DNA from: Amoebophrya sp. A120
Taxonomy: Eukaryota; Protista; Dinoflagellata
Length of the DNA stretch: 64,000 nucleotides
Assembly (NCBI GenBank): GCA_905178155.1
Contig: CAJINV010000004.1
Span: forward strand, 8,767,190-8,831,189
Direction: 5' to 3'
The translations under genes were made by a program, and so were the position numbers. How positions within the stretch are numbered: position 1 is the first letter of the stretch; the number at the start of each line of letters is the position of its first letter. Positions 35,037-48,058 of the stretch are shown one piece after another. Under the pieces are notes generated by a model that did no database searches, was not told the DNA's origin, and saw only the letters and a program-made list of their open reading frames with translations.

Positions 35037-35231
35037 TATCCCCGAAAGAAACGCTAGCACACCATATCTGCATATGCAAAACTGAATTTACGAAGCAATA
35101 CTTACACGAAATTCCGAAATATTCGTTCTGTCTTGCTTAAAAACCACGGTTTGGTCCGCCCATAACATCCCTTCCTCGCATTCTTCTGCATCACGGCGAA
35201 ACATGATGTACTAGCTTTTTTCCATGTGATA
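35037..35231. mobile_element. TIR element, family E-like, with no detectable direct repeat
   Basis: TATCCCGAAAGAAACGCTAGCAC ... GTACTAGCTTTTTTCCATGTGATA; flanks GGCTC/GAACG. Confidence 0.65.
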
Positions 35232-36438
35232 GAACGTCAGCAGCGACGACGGGCGCGTCAAGTCGGTGTACTACGAGTCGGTCATCAAGCACCGGCGGAA
35301 CGCAGTGTGGATACTCGCTAAAGAATGGACCGGATCATACAACCTCCACGTGAGAAGGGTAGACTTGCAGTTCTGCCTGAAGTTCTACGAGCACGTGTTG
35401 CACCAGAACCGCCCCAATGGCGTCACCGACTACGTCCAGTCCATTTTGCGCCCCAGGGACACGCCTTCCAGCCCACAAGCGCTGGTAATCTTTTGCGGCA
35501 GCACTGCGAAGGGCGACATCGAAAGTGTCGAACGGGTCTGCAGGGCGGCGGGGTTACACGAGGGGGCCTTCACGCTTTTGGATGGTGTGCTTGCTCTTCT
35601 CGTGGGGGCGCAGATTAGCGAGCTCAAGGGCGCCCGGGAGCTTCACCGCGGCGTTCGACGCCGGCCGGGACAGGAGTGTCAGCGATGTGGAACGGGAGGC
35701 CAAAGCGATGACCGATGCTTTTGGCCGTGGAGCTTTCACGCGCCCCTGCAACAAGACCGGGCGCGTCAAGGTGGGTTACACTTACGCCTCGCCCGACGGG
35801 GTGGTCCGCACTGCCACGCTCCGGTACTTCGGCAGCGACACCTTTGACTACGCCGAATTCCGGGAGAAGGTTCTGCTTGGAAACGCCAGCAGGCTGCGCG
35901 CGAGGAAGCCGGGATCGGTGGTTTACCGCTTTGGCACGTGGCGAACGCCAAACGGTGGTGCAGTCGGGAAACCGAAACAATTGCACGACAAGGTGATGAC
36001 CGCCATTTCTCTCGACGGGCCGCCAGCCCGCGAATTCTTTGCGGACGCAACGACCGTGGGCTTTCCCAGCAAGGTGGACGCGGAGTGGTACGTCGTGTTC
36101 AAACGCGAGCTGGAGGTGGTGTGCTCGATGCTCGAAGACGTCGTCCTGTCGGAGACGGAGAGTGGTATGGCGATTGAAACGCAGACGGTTTTGCGGCTGA
36201 TGGCACAATGGGGAGACTCCAAGCTGAATGACGCGATTTTGGAGCTTCTGTTGAAACTGTGTCTGGACGAGCATCAGGACATGCTGAGCCTCTCGAAGTC
36301 AAATGTGATCTTCGGAATCCTCCTCGAGTGCATCGAGAACAGCGTAGCTGGACTGAGGGACAAGGTCGAGCTGATCCACCCGACCACCATCAGAAGTACC
36401 GACTTGGCTGATAAAGAGGCGCTCCGCCGCTGGTACCA

Positions 36439-36666
36439 TATGCATTGCAAATATCTCCGGGTCTGGAAACTTGTAATGCTGAATGGTCATCATGATTGAG
36501 TGTGCGTGTGCCTTCAATTGCAGCGGAGCATGAACAGTTTTTCAATCGCTTTCTCCTGCGCAGCACGCATTATTTCGTGACGAGATTGTGGTGCTTTTGC
36601 AGCTCTGTGCAATACAGATTTTTGGTTCATCAACCTTTCCAGACCCAGACATTTTTGCAGGGGATA
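36439..36666. mobile_element. TIR introner, family A, reverse orientation relative to 17759-18042
   Basis: TATGCATTGCAAATATCTCCGGGTCTGGAAA ... TTTCCAGACCCAGACATTTTTGCAGGGGATA; direct repeat TACCA. Confidence 0.9.
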
Positions 36667-39600
36667 TACCAGGGTGGGCGACGGGGACCGAAGCCCTGCA
36701 ACCGGGTTCATGTCATGGGTTCGGTTTTGGAGTATCTCGCATACAAGGAACCCCTGGCAATTGCGGCGCTGGCAATTGCGGCGCTGCTGGCTCCGTGCTC
36801 TTGGCGGAGCGGCACCGGCGTGCTGGGCTTGGTATAGCCACGAGCACCGTCGTCCGCCGCATGGTGGACGATTTCGGGAGGGACCTCCTTGCTGACGCCA
36901 GTACCACCGCATCCCTGCCCGTGAGCGGGCCGAGGGACGACGCCCCTGGCGCAGCCGACCCCGCGGTGTTTGCCGTCGGTCCACCCGAGACCGAAGCACC
37001 GCGTGAATCCGCAGGTACGGGCCCGGCCGCCGAAGCGGCTTCCGCCTCCGCGGTGTTATTGCAGAACCTTTCTACCACACAAAAATCCAAGTAGACCCGT
37101 ACCGTGTTCGAATACTACACTCGCATTGCATGTCTGTTTCAGTGTTTATGTTAGGATACGACAAAAATAAAGATTTGTTTTGGGCTGTTGAGTATGACTG
37201 TGTTTCAAGACGCTTTTGCTTGTCTTTTTTTTTATCTTGCATGACAGACAATGTGCTCTCGCGTCCGCATGGGGCTGCAGAGAGCGTTTCTTATGACAGC
37301 AAAACACCGGCCAAATGAATTTACTTTTTCTATATTGATTCTTTTATGCAAGATGCATTATGTTGGTTAGGATTACGGTTTGGGCTTACTTTTCCGTAGC
37401 ATACTTGCACAGTGCATGGCGCGTTGGACTCTGGCACTTGCAGCCCTGAAGGAGCAGGAGCTTGCGCGGATCACCAGTTCTCCGGACGGTTCTGACGAAC
37501 ATAGAATGGCTTCCGCGGCGAATGCGACTGAGGTGCACCAAGTGAACATGCAACTGTTGCAGGACTGGAACGCGATAGTGGCTGAACACATGAGGTTTCT
37601 AGCCTTATTTTCATTTTTATTCCAATATGTCAGTCGTGCTCATGTCATGATGAATGCGGATGGGCTTGGGTACTTATGCACTTTACTCAGTTTCTGTTTC
37701 ACTGTTCAAAGAGGATCGTTTCCATATGACCTTCCAGGTACTCACGTCCCGATCTACTTGACCTCCTGCTACAGCACGGCGTTTTGGGAACGCCGTATGA
37801 CCCGTCCTGGTATCTGCACTGCAGTGGCGCCTCGTCGGGAAGGTGTTCACTTCTACGCATTTTCACCCACATCGATTAAAGTAGAAATATTGATATTCAT
37901 AGTCGTCGTGCGCGGGTTTTATATTTTTTATGTTTTTCTGATTTTCATCATGTGCACCACGGAGAATCGGAACAAAACAGGCCGACTCTCGCGGACTGCT
38001 TTACGTACTTGGAGGCTGACGCGACGACGGAGAAAAATCTGGTTCCGGTCATTAAAGCGTTTGCCTGCATTCGGATGCCACCGGGCTGGACCGCGCACAA
38101 CGATCTGAGTTTGCGTCGGTGCTTCTCCAATCTGTCACTCCAAGTGATCCAGTGCTGGAAGCATCCCTTTTACGACCACTTCGTGCAGCTGGTGAACTGC
38201 GAACGGTACGGCAGCCTCATACAGCAGCACTACCCGGAAATTGGTGACGCCATCGTATCAAAAGAGAACAAGTGCACCCATACCGTGTTCGAAATCCTTC
38301 GTCATCTCACTACCTTGTCATTGTACAGAAATTTGTTCGCCTCTATCTGAGGGTTACTCGGCATTTCATTTGCAGCCTCTGCCTTCTTGCATTAAAATAG
38401 AACCACCTGTTTTGCCAGCTCATTCGCAGGAAAATTTCGTATAGTGGCACAAAAAAGCACCTACATGCAAATCATTTTGAATATGGTATGCTCCTCTTCA
38501 CTGGGATACATTGAGCAGGACGCCCTTCCGAAATTCGACGACTGCGTCAACCAGCTTCCATTGCACTACTACAGTGGCGTGCGACAACTGGCCGATGCGC
38601 TTGACATCCACCTACAAGCTGCTCCGATCACGGTAGGGGAAATCTACGAAAACCTGATCGAGATCACTCGCGTTGGGTTGCCGCACGCAGCAGTGGTGAC
38701 TACTGCGGTGAAGATATTTTTAGGGGCAGAGTTTAACCGAAGAGGAGGGTTTGCGAAATCAGGAGCACAGCGACCCGAAGTCACGGGACCATTTTGCGTG
38801 CACTAAAAAGCCTATTGTACAAGTTTTGTTTTTGTATTCGAACCTGGTTTCTTATTCTTTTTGTTTCGGGTAGATTCAATTCCGTTTCAGATCGGACCTT
38901 CCAAAGGAAATACAGGGGTAATGCACGCTTGCTGTTTCGCTTTGCATTTACTGAAATTTGAATTGAAGGGCTTCCACCTACTTTTTTGTAAAGTAGAATT
39001 CCGCTGCATGTCGTCTTCGAACGAGATACCCAAATACTGCTAGGCTAAAATTGCAGAGGATGCCGTTGGGACAGACTTGTAAGATTTAATCAAATTGTGG
39101 TTTTAAACGTTGTGACCGTCTTCTTAGTAAATTTTATCAACGCATTACCCGCTGGCGGAGCGAGGACTGCTTCTGCTATGAGGGAATTTTCGCTGTGCCT
39201 GGGCTATGCTGATTCCGATACTTTGTGATTCCGATACTTTGTAGAAGACTTGCCGTGCAACAGATCATTTGTATCTTGTTTCCCGCCACCGCCGCCTCTG
39301 GGGAAAGGAACAATGGTGAAAATGCATGGTTTATTGGGACAGCTTTTACCTGTACTTCAGAACTAGCAAGTGGTCTGACTGTGAGCAATTTGAAATGTTT
39401 TTTTTGCGTTCAGCAAAAAGTTTCAAATTCAATTTTGATTTTTTTGCAATGCGCTAAACAATCATGTTACCGACTCGTCTGAAGATGAAGCGAGCACACA
39501 ATTGACTTTTTTGCAATGTGTACTACTAATGTTTTGTGCCTGTACCAAAGAGTCACTGAGAGATCGTTCCCCACGATTTTTGCCGGGTATTTTTGTTGAC

Positions 39601-40939
39601 GTCCAGATTTTCCTATTACCGGACTTCGATATTCCCAGAAAGGACTGCAGACTACTAGCAAATGACAATTTTTTCTTCAGCCTTTTTCTTTCGCCAAAAA
39701 CAGAAGAAATGCCCAACTTTCACTTTTCAAAACATCTACAGACTGTTTCTGTTTCGCGACGCGTTTCGTTTTTCTGAACTTTGATTCTTTATATTGCATT
39801 TTGCAATCAATGAACATGAACAGCGAGAACGAACGACAAGAAAATTGTTCGTGTGCCTTTCCTGTCAAGTCGCTGAGAGCATTTCGCCCGGCAGATTCTT
39901 CGTATGTTCGCTCAAGAAAACTTGCAGGAGCTCTCGTCCGGCTCGAGGGTGCACCTGCGGCTGCTCAGTCACTGCCAGCTAGTATGGATCGGCTCCTGGT
40001 CTGCCCTGTCGCTCCCGTGTTCTTTTCGTGGCGGTTTTTTTCTCGTGGAAATGCCAATTTTTCGCAAGCTTAAGAGAGATGGCCGCACTAAGCAGTGCGC
40101 GAGCGCATGCGCGATACCTCACGTGGGCATTGCGTTTATTCCTGCCGTCTTATATGCAGCCAATTAGGAAGCCGAAGCTCTTGAACCCTGCCTTCGTGAG
40201 ATGAAACTCGTGTACTTAGTCGCGTCTAGAAACATAGACTTTGTGAGATTCTTTCTCCCGTTCGTCGGTCGGTCGTTAAGACTTTCCGCCAGCACGTTGT
40301 ATTTCGTTTCCGTATAAAGAACTCCGGAAAAATAAAGAATTGAAAACCCTTTTTGGCGTCACTTCATCGTCTGTGCGTGCATCACCTTGCTTCATCGTGC
40401 GTGGTAAGCTTGTCTGCATACTGACGTCGTTCGACCCAATGCCCGACCACGGGGTCTGTCGGTTAATCGTACGAACGTTGCAAAACACCGCTTGCTTACG
40501 TTGAAGCCTCGTTGCGTCGTTCTCGTTTGTAAATGAGAAAGGGCACTATCACTAAAGTCGGGTAATTGAAATTGTTTTCTACTTCACTGACCGTTCGCTG
40601 GTATCGTGATAAAGTATTTATTTCAAAGGTAGAAGCAAGTTCTTTTTCATGAAGAAGCCGAAGCAACCCACCAACTCATCAATCAGAAACCGACTGACCA
40701 CCCCCCTCGCTGCCCTTTCGAGTAGGTAGAATTTTTCGCAAAACTGAGTCACAATCCCAACAAGCGAACAAGAGACAATCCTGTTGGCCCGTTTACCGCT
40801 AAAAATACCTCGGAAAATAAATCTTCGCAAAACCGTCGCAAGGGTCTGCGTCCTCTTCGTTTGTTTCGCTCGTCGGTATCGATAGAACTAGGTCGAATAA
40901 TCTAAAAAGAAAAACCAGAGAACTTCTACCCACACCACA

Positions 40940-43269
40940 ATGTCGTCCGTATTTCCGTTGGAGAACAATGCCGCGTCCGCTCGTGTGGCACCGGGTGTGG
41001 AACGGGACAACGAGATTATTGTGAACGACGTCTGCTTGATGTTCCGGGGAGATGATGTTGATGACGATGATCATCCTGGTTCTGAACTACACGACCGCAA
41101 GAAAAACTCCGAGCTGCGCCGCGGCTCTCGGCCGACGTTGGGCGGCGGATCCATTGCTGGTGGTGCAGTCGTCTTGCTGGGTTGTTCCCTCAGCAACCTG
41201 GTACAGCCGGGCTACGGCTACACGGCCACGATCTTGAAGCACAAAGAACACCGGAAGATGAAGCATTCTGGAGCGCCTATTGCGGGTCGCCCCGGCAACA
41301 TCGCAACTGAACGTCGCCGGCATGACGCTGGAGCTGGTGCTGCCTCGTCGAATGTCTTGCTTCAGCTTTTCACGAAGAAACAGCGGAAGAAGGAGAAGGC
41401 CGGCTGTGCGCCACCCGAGTCGGCAACGCCGCTCCCAAACCTTCCAATTGTTGCGGGCGGAGACGCCAGCGTGCAGGAGGCGGAGCTCCACACCAGCGGA
41501 GGCGGAGACGGAGAAACAATGGGCGGTGCGTCATCGGATGAGCGGCGGGCTGATAAAGCTGCTGCACAGGGGGAAGCGACTTCTGAAGCACCAGAGCCGG
41601 TGGCCCCTTCTGAAGCGATTTCTGAAGCGACTTCTTCTAGTACCCCAGCCCCCCCTACTGCCGCGAGTACCACCACGACAACCACAACAACGACTGAAGT
41701 TAATCTCTGTAATTTTCCCGTGGGGCAAACATGTGACTGTCAGCTCGTTCTTAATAGGGAGGGTGCAGAGCCTGAAGTATCCATAGCGTGCCAAATCTCT
41801 CCCACATCGCTCCGGAAGTACTTTTTTCCAACAAGCCTGCCCTCACACACTCCGCTCTTCGGCCACGACTTTGGTCTACGGGTATGGATTTGTAGTCGCA
41901 AGGTGACGGCGTTTGCTTGTTGCATCTTAGGACATAAAGAAAACAATATACATCAATAGCAACAACGCAGCGCGACGGAAGGTCGTCGCGATTCTCGTAT
42001 ACCGACCCAGCAGGAACTACTACAGGCCTCAGTATCTACACACTGGTCGTCCGCAGGCAGCTTGTACATGTTGTTCGGCCGCCTTCCAAGTTCTCTTGAC
42101 TTTTATACTTGCGCCTGCTTTTCGAAAAGGAAAACCGTAAAAAGTTTGTATATTACCGCCAACGACCTCAACGTTTTCGGTTTTCATGATTGACGGTACT
42201 ACAACCTGGTTGAATCTTCACGTGACAGAAATAATCACGCTGCTCGCTCCTGCTTAGAACAAACTACCCGGATTACCAGATGATGGGGAGCATTTACACA
42301 TGCATACAGCGCCGACGGACACTACAACCCGTTGGTTGAGGTGGGACTCAAAAAAGACTTTGACTCCGTGGCACCAGCGAGCGGTTCTGCTACTTGCTAC
42401 TCCCAACCAGGTGTGACGGTGAAGGGTTCCATATCGAAAGGAACAGAGTTTTCTCCCTGCTCATCATGCCAAAATCCTAACAGATAGCATGCCGGATGTC
42501 TACTTTTCTATTTCTACTGAAGGAACTGGAACCGCCCCAAGCGGATGTTTTGCAGATGGTCTCCTGTTGATTAAAATCAATCCTTTCTGGTTGTTTCCGC
42601 TGCTCTTGCTTCCCGTGTAAAAGAAAACGACTTAAGTATGCAACGTGCTGACAAAGCTGCTGAGTATCGGCTCGCCAAGAATGATCAACGCCGTGACAAC
42701 AAGGGTTCGCTTGGAAGGGCATGGGGATGAAGGAGAATTTTTTCTCACGAGAATCCGGATCGAACGACATTAAGCCGGGAGCGTTCACAATTTTAAACAA
42801 CGTGTGCAAGCAGCTGTGCGAGGAGACCAATTACTGTGAGTTCTACTCCGTCGGCGAGGACAGTAGCCTTTTGGAGGATGAATTTCCTTGCAAGCTTTTC
42901 ACGGGGTGTGACAAGCCCGTGAACTCCCCGAGTCTCTGGTCTTACTACTACAACCCGCAAGCAACATCTTCTTACGGCGAGCAAATTTGCCGCATTCCTG
43001 GCGAGCCGAAAAACCGGCGTAGAACTCGGAACCACGACGAAACGAGGCGAGCGACGCACAGAAACGATGAAGAGGGGGGACTTAATCATGGTTTTCAAGA
43101 AAGTGCAAAAGCGCAACAGGCAAAATCAAAACGCATATCAAAGCCGAGAGAAGTGCTTGACTATTTCTCTTGCGATGTATTCGTCCGTTATTCCCTCCGT
43201 TCTTCCCCCTTGTTGCGTTGTTGTCAATTAATTTGTATTTTCAGACCACAGTGCAAAAACAAATTTTAG
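40940..43269 (+). CDS. Putative surface protein: hydrophobic segment, Thr/Pro stalk, PAN/apple-like Cys domain; internal exon structure uncertain
   Basis: AGGAVVLLGCSL; STTTTTTTTE; the joined segment CYSQPGVTVKGS..NDIK..CKQLCEETNYCEFY..CKLFTGC has apple/PAN cysteine spacing. Confidence 0.5.
42432..42752. mobile_element. Probable highly degenerate introner inside the apple-like domain
   Basis: TATCG..TTCTCC..CATGCC versus GGCATG..GGAGAA..CGAGA; flanks TTCCA/ATCCG; removal joins the Cys pattern in frame. Confidence 0.45.
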
Positions 43270-45901
43270 AACTCCGTATTCCTTTTTATTTTTTCCCTAC
43301 GCTACGTAAATGTAAATGTAAAACTAAAAGTATGATGAATTCGAACCACCCATTTCCTTCGTCTCGTCCCCCGTTCATAATTTACACAGTTTTTGATCGT
43401 GTGTCCTTTTTTTTCGATTTCGAGCCATATGAATATATCTTTTGGACCGATCCTGCAGCACCGTATCATCGTCAGTGAGTATCAGCACCGAAAACACAAG
43501 CGCATTTTCACATGGAACGTAGTGAATCTCACCTCATCGCATGCAGGATCATCATCAGAACAAAGGACAGACCGCAACGTTTTATATTCTTTTTGAAGGT
43601 TTTCGTTTTAATTTTCCGTTTTCATGATGACAAGTTTTTTTTTTTGGTGGAAAAACGGATCCGCAACAGCGTGCGTCTCGCAAGTTTGTTCTTACATTAA
43701 TGTTCTTCGTTCCCGACATGGCGTTTTGTGTTTTGTCGTGTTTACGCACCAGTCTCAGAGGAGTCCTTAAGCTCGGCCTTCGTCAGGAAGTCTCGTATTT
43801 AGTCGTGGTAGAAACTACAGAGATTTTTTACGATTATTTCTCCCGTTCGTAAGCAGGTCGTCACGGCAGCTTCTCGCCCGCACTGCCAGGCGTGCATCGT
43901 ATTCTGTCTCCGTTAGCAGAGAAATACGTGAAAATTTCAGAACCCTCCTGACTTCCCTGCAGTACCGTCGTTTCGTCTTTTCGTACACCTTCATCGTGCG
44001 TGGCAACATTGTCTACTAGTACGTCCTCGTACCAGAAATTTATTGCGCATCTATTTAGAAGTTTTTGTCCAGACATGTCACACAGCCAGAAATACACCCT
44101 TTCGTGCAACCGTCTCGTATTCGTTGGTCTCTTCCGTTGCTCCGACGCATTTTTCTGTAACCAAGACTTCCTCTCTTGTTCTTCCTACTCCTTCTTTTTG
44201 CAATAATACCACGCAACAGGGCGCTTTTTTTCTATACTAGAGGTACCCCCTTGATACCGTGTAATATAGAAGGTAAGGTAGAAAAAAGCCCAAGGGCAGC
44301 CGCGCGTCTTCAGCTTACTTTTTTCAAAATTGCAACGTACTTTGACAGACAGTATTTCTACTTTGCGACAGCATCTTCAGACTCAGATATGCTGACATTG
44401 ATATTTGATAGCCCCGAATCAACAAGCTAAGCCTGTCCCTTTACAGTCAGTACGCAACTCATGGCAACAAGAAGCACCCTGAAGTGAGGTCGCTTTCCGG
44501 AATGCTGGTCTCGGTTGCAGGAGGTCCGGCCGATTCATTTTTCCGCTAGGGAGATCGCCTTCCTGACCGAAGCCCGCAGTGACGGCCGCGCTGTGTTCAG
44601 CGATGCAGCAGTGTAACAGCACCGGTATTCGCCCATCATGCGGCAGTTTCGCCTAGAAAATTGCAGATTTGAAAGCGACAGTGGCTCGAGCGCATCTCTC
44701 CTGTATTGCCGTTCTGCAGGACGTCGAGAGCGACCCACCAGCGGAAACTGCGAGTTCGTGACCAGGCACGTAAGAACCCTGTCAGCCCGAGCTCAACGAG
44801 TTGCAGGGACATCCAGTTCCGATGCCTCCGAACCAGCGGCTTATTTTTCAGCAAGAATCACGCGTCAGACACGACTTGCTCGTTGTGATGGTTCACCTGG
44901 CGTCGCCGCACTCGCGCCGGCACTTTCCCACGCCAGTCACAAGAAAAAATAGGGCAAAAGAAAGGAAAAGAAAAAATCAGAAAAGAACATCCAACAATGG
45001 CCCATGGAAAAAAAAGAAAAAGAAAAAAGAAATCGAAAAGAAAAAAGTCGAAAAAGAGAAAAGAAAAATAAGTGACAGTGGCAATGTGGAGGTCTGGTTT
45101 CGGGATGCAGCGGGAACTGCAAAAAAGTCGTCTGTGAAGATGGAAGGCGATGCAGGAGCGAGGCCCCAGAGGTGCAATTTGAAGCTCCGACAGCGGTCCC
45201 TGTAACAGTTTGTCCGTGGCAGCTTTCTCGCACCTGCTTCTGGAGGACACAAGTCGGGTGCGGCACTGGCACGTACGGTAGCCAACACTGGATGCTGCAT
45301 CCGTCGGCAGGCGTCGTTGCAAAATGGAGTTGATGCACGATGTAGATCAATACGTCACACAGCCAGAGACCCCTGAGGAGACGGCGATGCGACTGGTTTT
45401 TTCCGAGATTTAGTTGTGCGCGTTCATCCGAACACGACAGCCCTCTAACGGAGATACCGAGAGCAACAGCATCGTCAGCGGCAGAAGCAACTTCTACTGC
45501 TGGCCATCTCCGAGCAAAGCAGAACCCTGCTTGAGGCTTTCCTGTGACGTTTCAACCGAGCGTCTTCGACAGTATTCGTGGAAAAGAAGCGGCAACAGTG
45601 AACACAATATCTGTAGTCCTACTGTCGGACCGAGGACAATGCGGACCACGCCATGTATTCATGCGACACGCGGTCTGCGGCGTCGGCCCAGGATGAGCCT
45701 TTGCTATGGGGAGTAGTGAAGGACGTCCTTTGCGGTTGTACGTAATTCCACTTCCGGCTATGCGAGGGGAAACAAGTTGTAGAATGCGACGCAAATTGAA
45801 GGCAGCACACGGAGCAGTTCTGCGAAAACACTGGCTTCGCGACAACGCCTTCTATCTAGGCATCGCGCTTTTGCACTAGCACTGCGCCAGCCTTCGACGT
45901 T

Positions 45902-46050
45902 AGCCTTCCCGACCGTAGGAAGTGCTTGACGCTTTTGGACCAGCAGTGCGGCGGGCACAGTCAGCCTTCCCGACCGTAGGAAGCGCTCGACCTAACGCAC
46001 AACCGGCGCAGCGGGCACCTGCAGTCAGCCTTCCCGACCGTAGGAAGCGC
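45902..46050. repeat. Three copies of AGCCTTCCCGACCGTAGGAAG, period ~62 bp
   Basis: Exact 21-mer at ~45902, 45963 and 46027; CTTCC/GGAAG stem. Confidence 0.85.
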
Positions 46051-46489
46051 TCGGAAAAAGGTGCGGGCCCTGAAATTAAAGAAGCGGTGCGGCCGGTATC
46101 GGTACCCGCTGAACGCGAGGACAGAAGGAGGAGAAGCAGCTGCGGATACGCAACAAAAAGCCGCGATTGCCTTGTCGGTAACCACACCGCAAAGCACCGG
46201 GATGGCACGAGGAGGGGCAGCAGTTGATCGATAGCCAGAGGGGGAGCACGAGGGGGAGCAGCGTGCTGACACTTCGATAACCACGTCGTGAAGATGGCCC
46301 GGGTGAGGATCCTGCGAGCGTCCTGTCGGTAGTAACTACACCGCGGGGCGAAGGGAAAAGAGGAGCAGCAGCTGTGCTTACGCCAGACGGCTTTATGCTG
46401 TTGCTGGTTTATTACAACGGAATAGTAAAGAGGCGCAAGAACAATCATCAGCGACCCCGATCTTCAGCTGCTGAGGAGGCTGAATCACG

Positions 46490-48058
46490 ACCACCACACA
46501 GCTCCACCTTGCTGCTGGTTCAGGAGGAGTGGTGAGGAGGTGGAACAATCGCCAGACGGGTCTATCTGGCCGCTGGTGGAGGAGGCAGAATGACGATCAC
46601 CAGACAGCTCTATTTTGCCGCTGGTGAGGAGGCGGAATGACGATCACCAGACAGCTGCTCTGTATTGCCGCTGGTGAGGTTGTGGCGCAATTACGATTAC
46701 CAGACAGCTCTATTTTGCTGCTGGGTCAGGAGGAATAGTGAGGAGGTGGAATCGCCAGACAGCGCTATCTTGCTGCTGGCGGACGATCACCAGGCAGCCC
46801 TATTTGGCCGCTGGTTGATGAAGCAGTCCCGCGGAGATAGAATCACCAGACAGCCCTATTTGGCCGCTGGTTGAAGAAGCAGTCCCGCGGAAGTAAAATC
46901 ACCAGACGGCCATGTTTCGCCGCTGGTTGATGAAGCAGTCCCGCGGAGGTAAAATCGCCAGACGGCCATATTTCGCCGCTGGTTGATGAAGCAGTCCCGC
47001 GGAGACAAAATGGCCAGGCAGCTCTTCTTCGCTGCTGGCATATAAGGAGGTAAATCGGAGGTGGAGGAGATAAATCAATCGCCAGACGGCTCTACATCGC
47101 TGCTGGCTGAAGAAGAGACAACTCCGAGGAGGCACAGTAACCAGACGGCTCTATCTCGCTGCTGGCCCGTGCGGAAGTCATCCCGAGGAAGTACAACCGC
47201 CAGACGGCTCTATCTCGCTGCTGGCCCACGTGGAAGTAATCCCGAGGAAGCACAACCGCCAGACGGCTCTATTTTGCTGCTGGCCCGTGCGGAAGTCATC
47301 CCGAGGAAGCACAACCGCCAGACGGCTCTATCTCGCTGCTGGCCCGTGCGGAAGTCATCCCGGGGAGGCGGAATAACCAGACGGCTATATCTCGCTGCTG
47401 GTTCATGAAGACATAGTTCCGAGGAGGCGCAATAAGAATAAGTAACCAGACGGCTCTATTCGCTGCTGGTTCATGAGGACCTAACTCCGAGGAGGCGCAA
47501 TAGCCGGACGGTTCTACTTCGCTGCTTGTTTGTGCGGAAAAATTTGTGAGAAGGCACAATGGCCAGACGGCTCTATCTTGCTGCTGGTTCGTGCGGAAGT
47601 AATCCCGAGAAAGCACAACGATCAGACGGCTCTATCTCGCTGCTGGTCCTGTGGAAGCACAATGCCCAGACGGCTCTATTTAGCTGCTGGGTCCTGAAGA
47701 AGTAGTTCCGAGGCGGCAGATAAATCACCGGACAGCTCTATTTCGCTGCTGGTCGATAACATAAGACGAGGAGACGGAATCACCAGACGGCTCTATTTCG
47801 CTGCTGCGTGAGGAAGTAATTTGTTCGAGTAGGCAGAAGCAGAAGTAAGTACCAGACGGCTCTATTTCGCTGCTGGTCCTGAAGAAGTAGTTCCGAGGCG
47901 GCAGATAAATCACCAGACAGCTCTATTTCGCTGCTGGTCGATAACATAAGACGAGGAGACGGAATCACCAGACGGCTCTATCTCGCTGCTGCGTGAGGAA
48001 GTAATTTGTTCGTCTAGGCAGAAGCAGAAGTACCAGACGGCTCTATTTCGCTGCTGGT
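46490..48058. repeat. Array of ~28 copies of CCAGACGGCTCTATYTCGCTGCTGG with variable spacers
   Basis: Core recurs mostly every ~45-70 bp. Neighbouring spacers are related in blocks, with a ~185-bp three-unit duplication at ~47667 and ~47852. Confidence 0.92.

Larger units (their letters stand above)
34108..38806 (+). pseudogene. Multi-exon hypothetical gene, probably degenerate or mis-assembled, containing four TIR elements
   Basis: Coding-like GC-rich segments join across the elements, but apparent frame switches near 35630 and 36750 have no intron. No recognisable family; boundaries are approximate. Confidence 0.4.

Noticed and set aside
44940-45075. Lys-rich ORF 44801-45205
   Set aside because: Derived from an A-rich low-complexity tract, with no other coding support.
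46490-48058. CRISPR array
   Set aside because: Spacers are related to neighbours and duplicated in blocks, lengths are irregular, there are no cas genes, and the context is eukaryotic.
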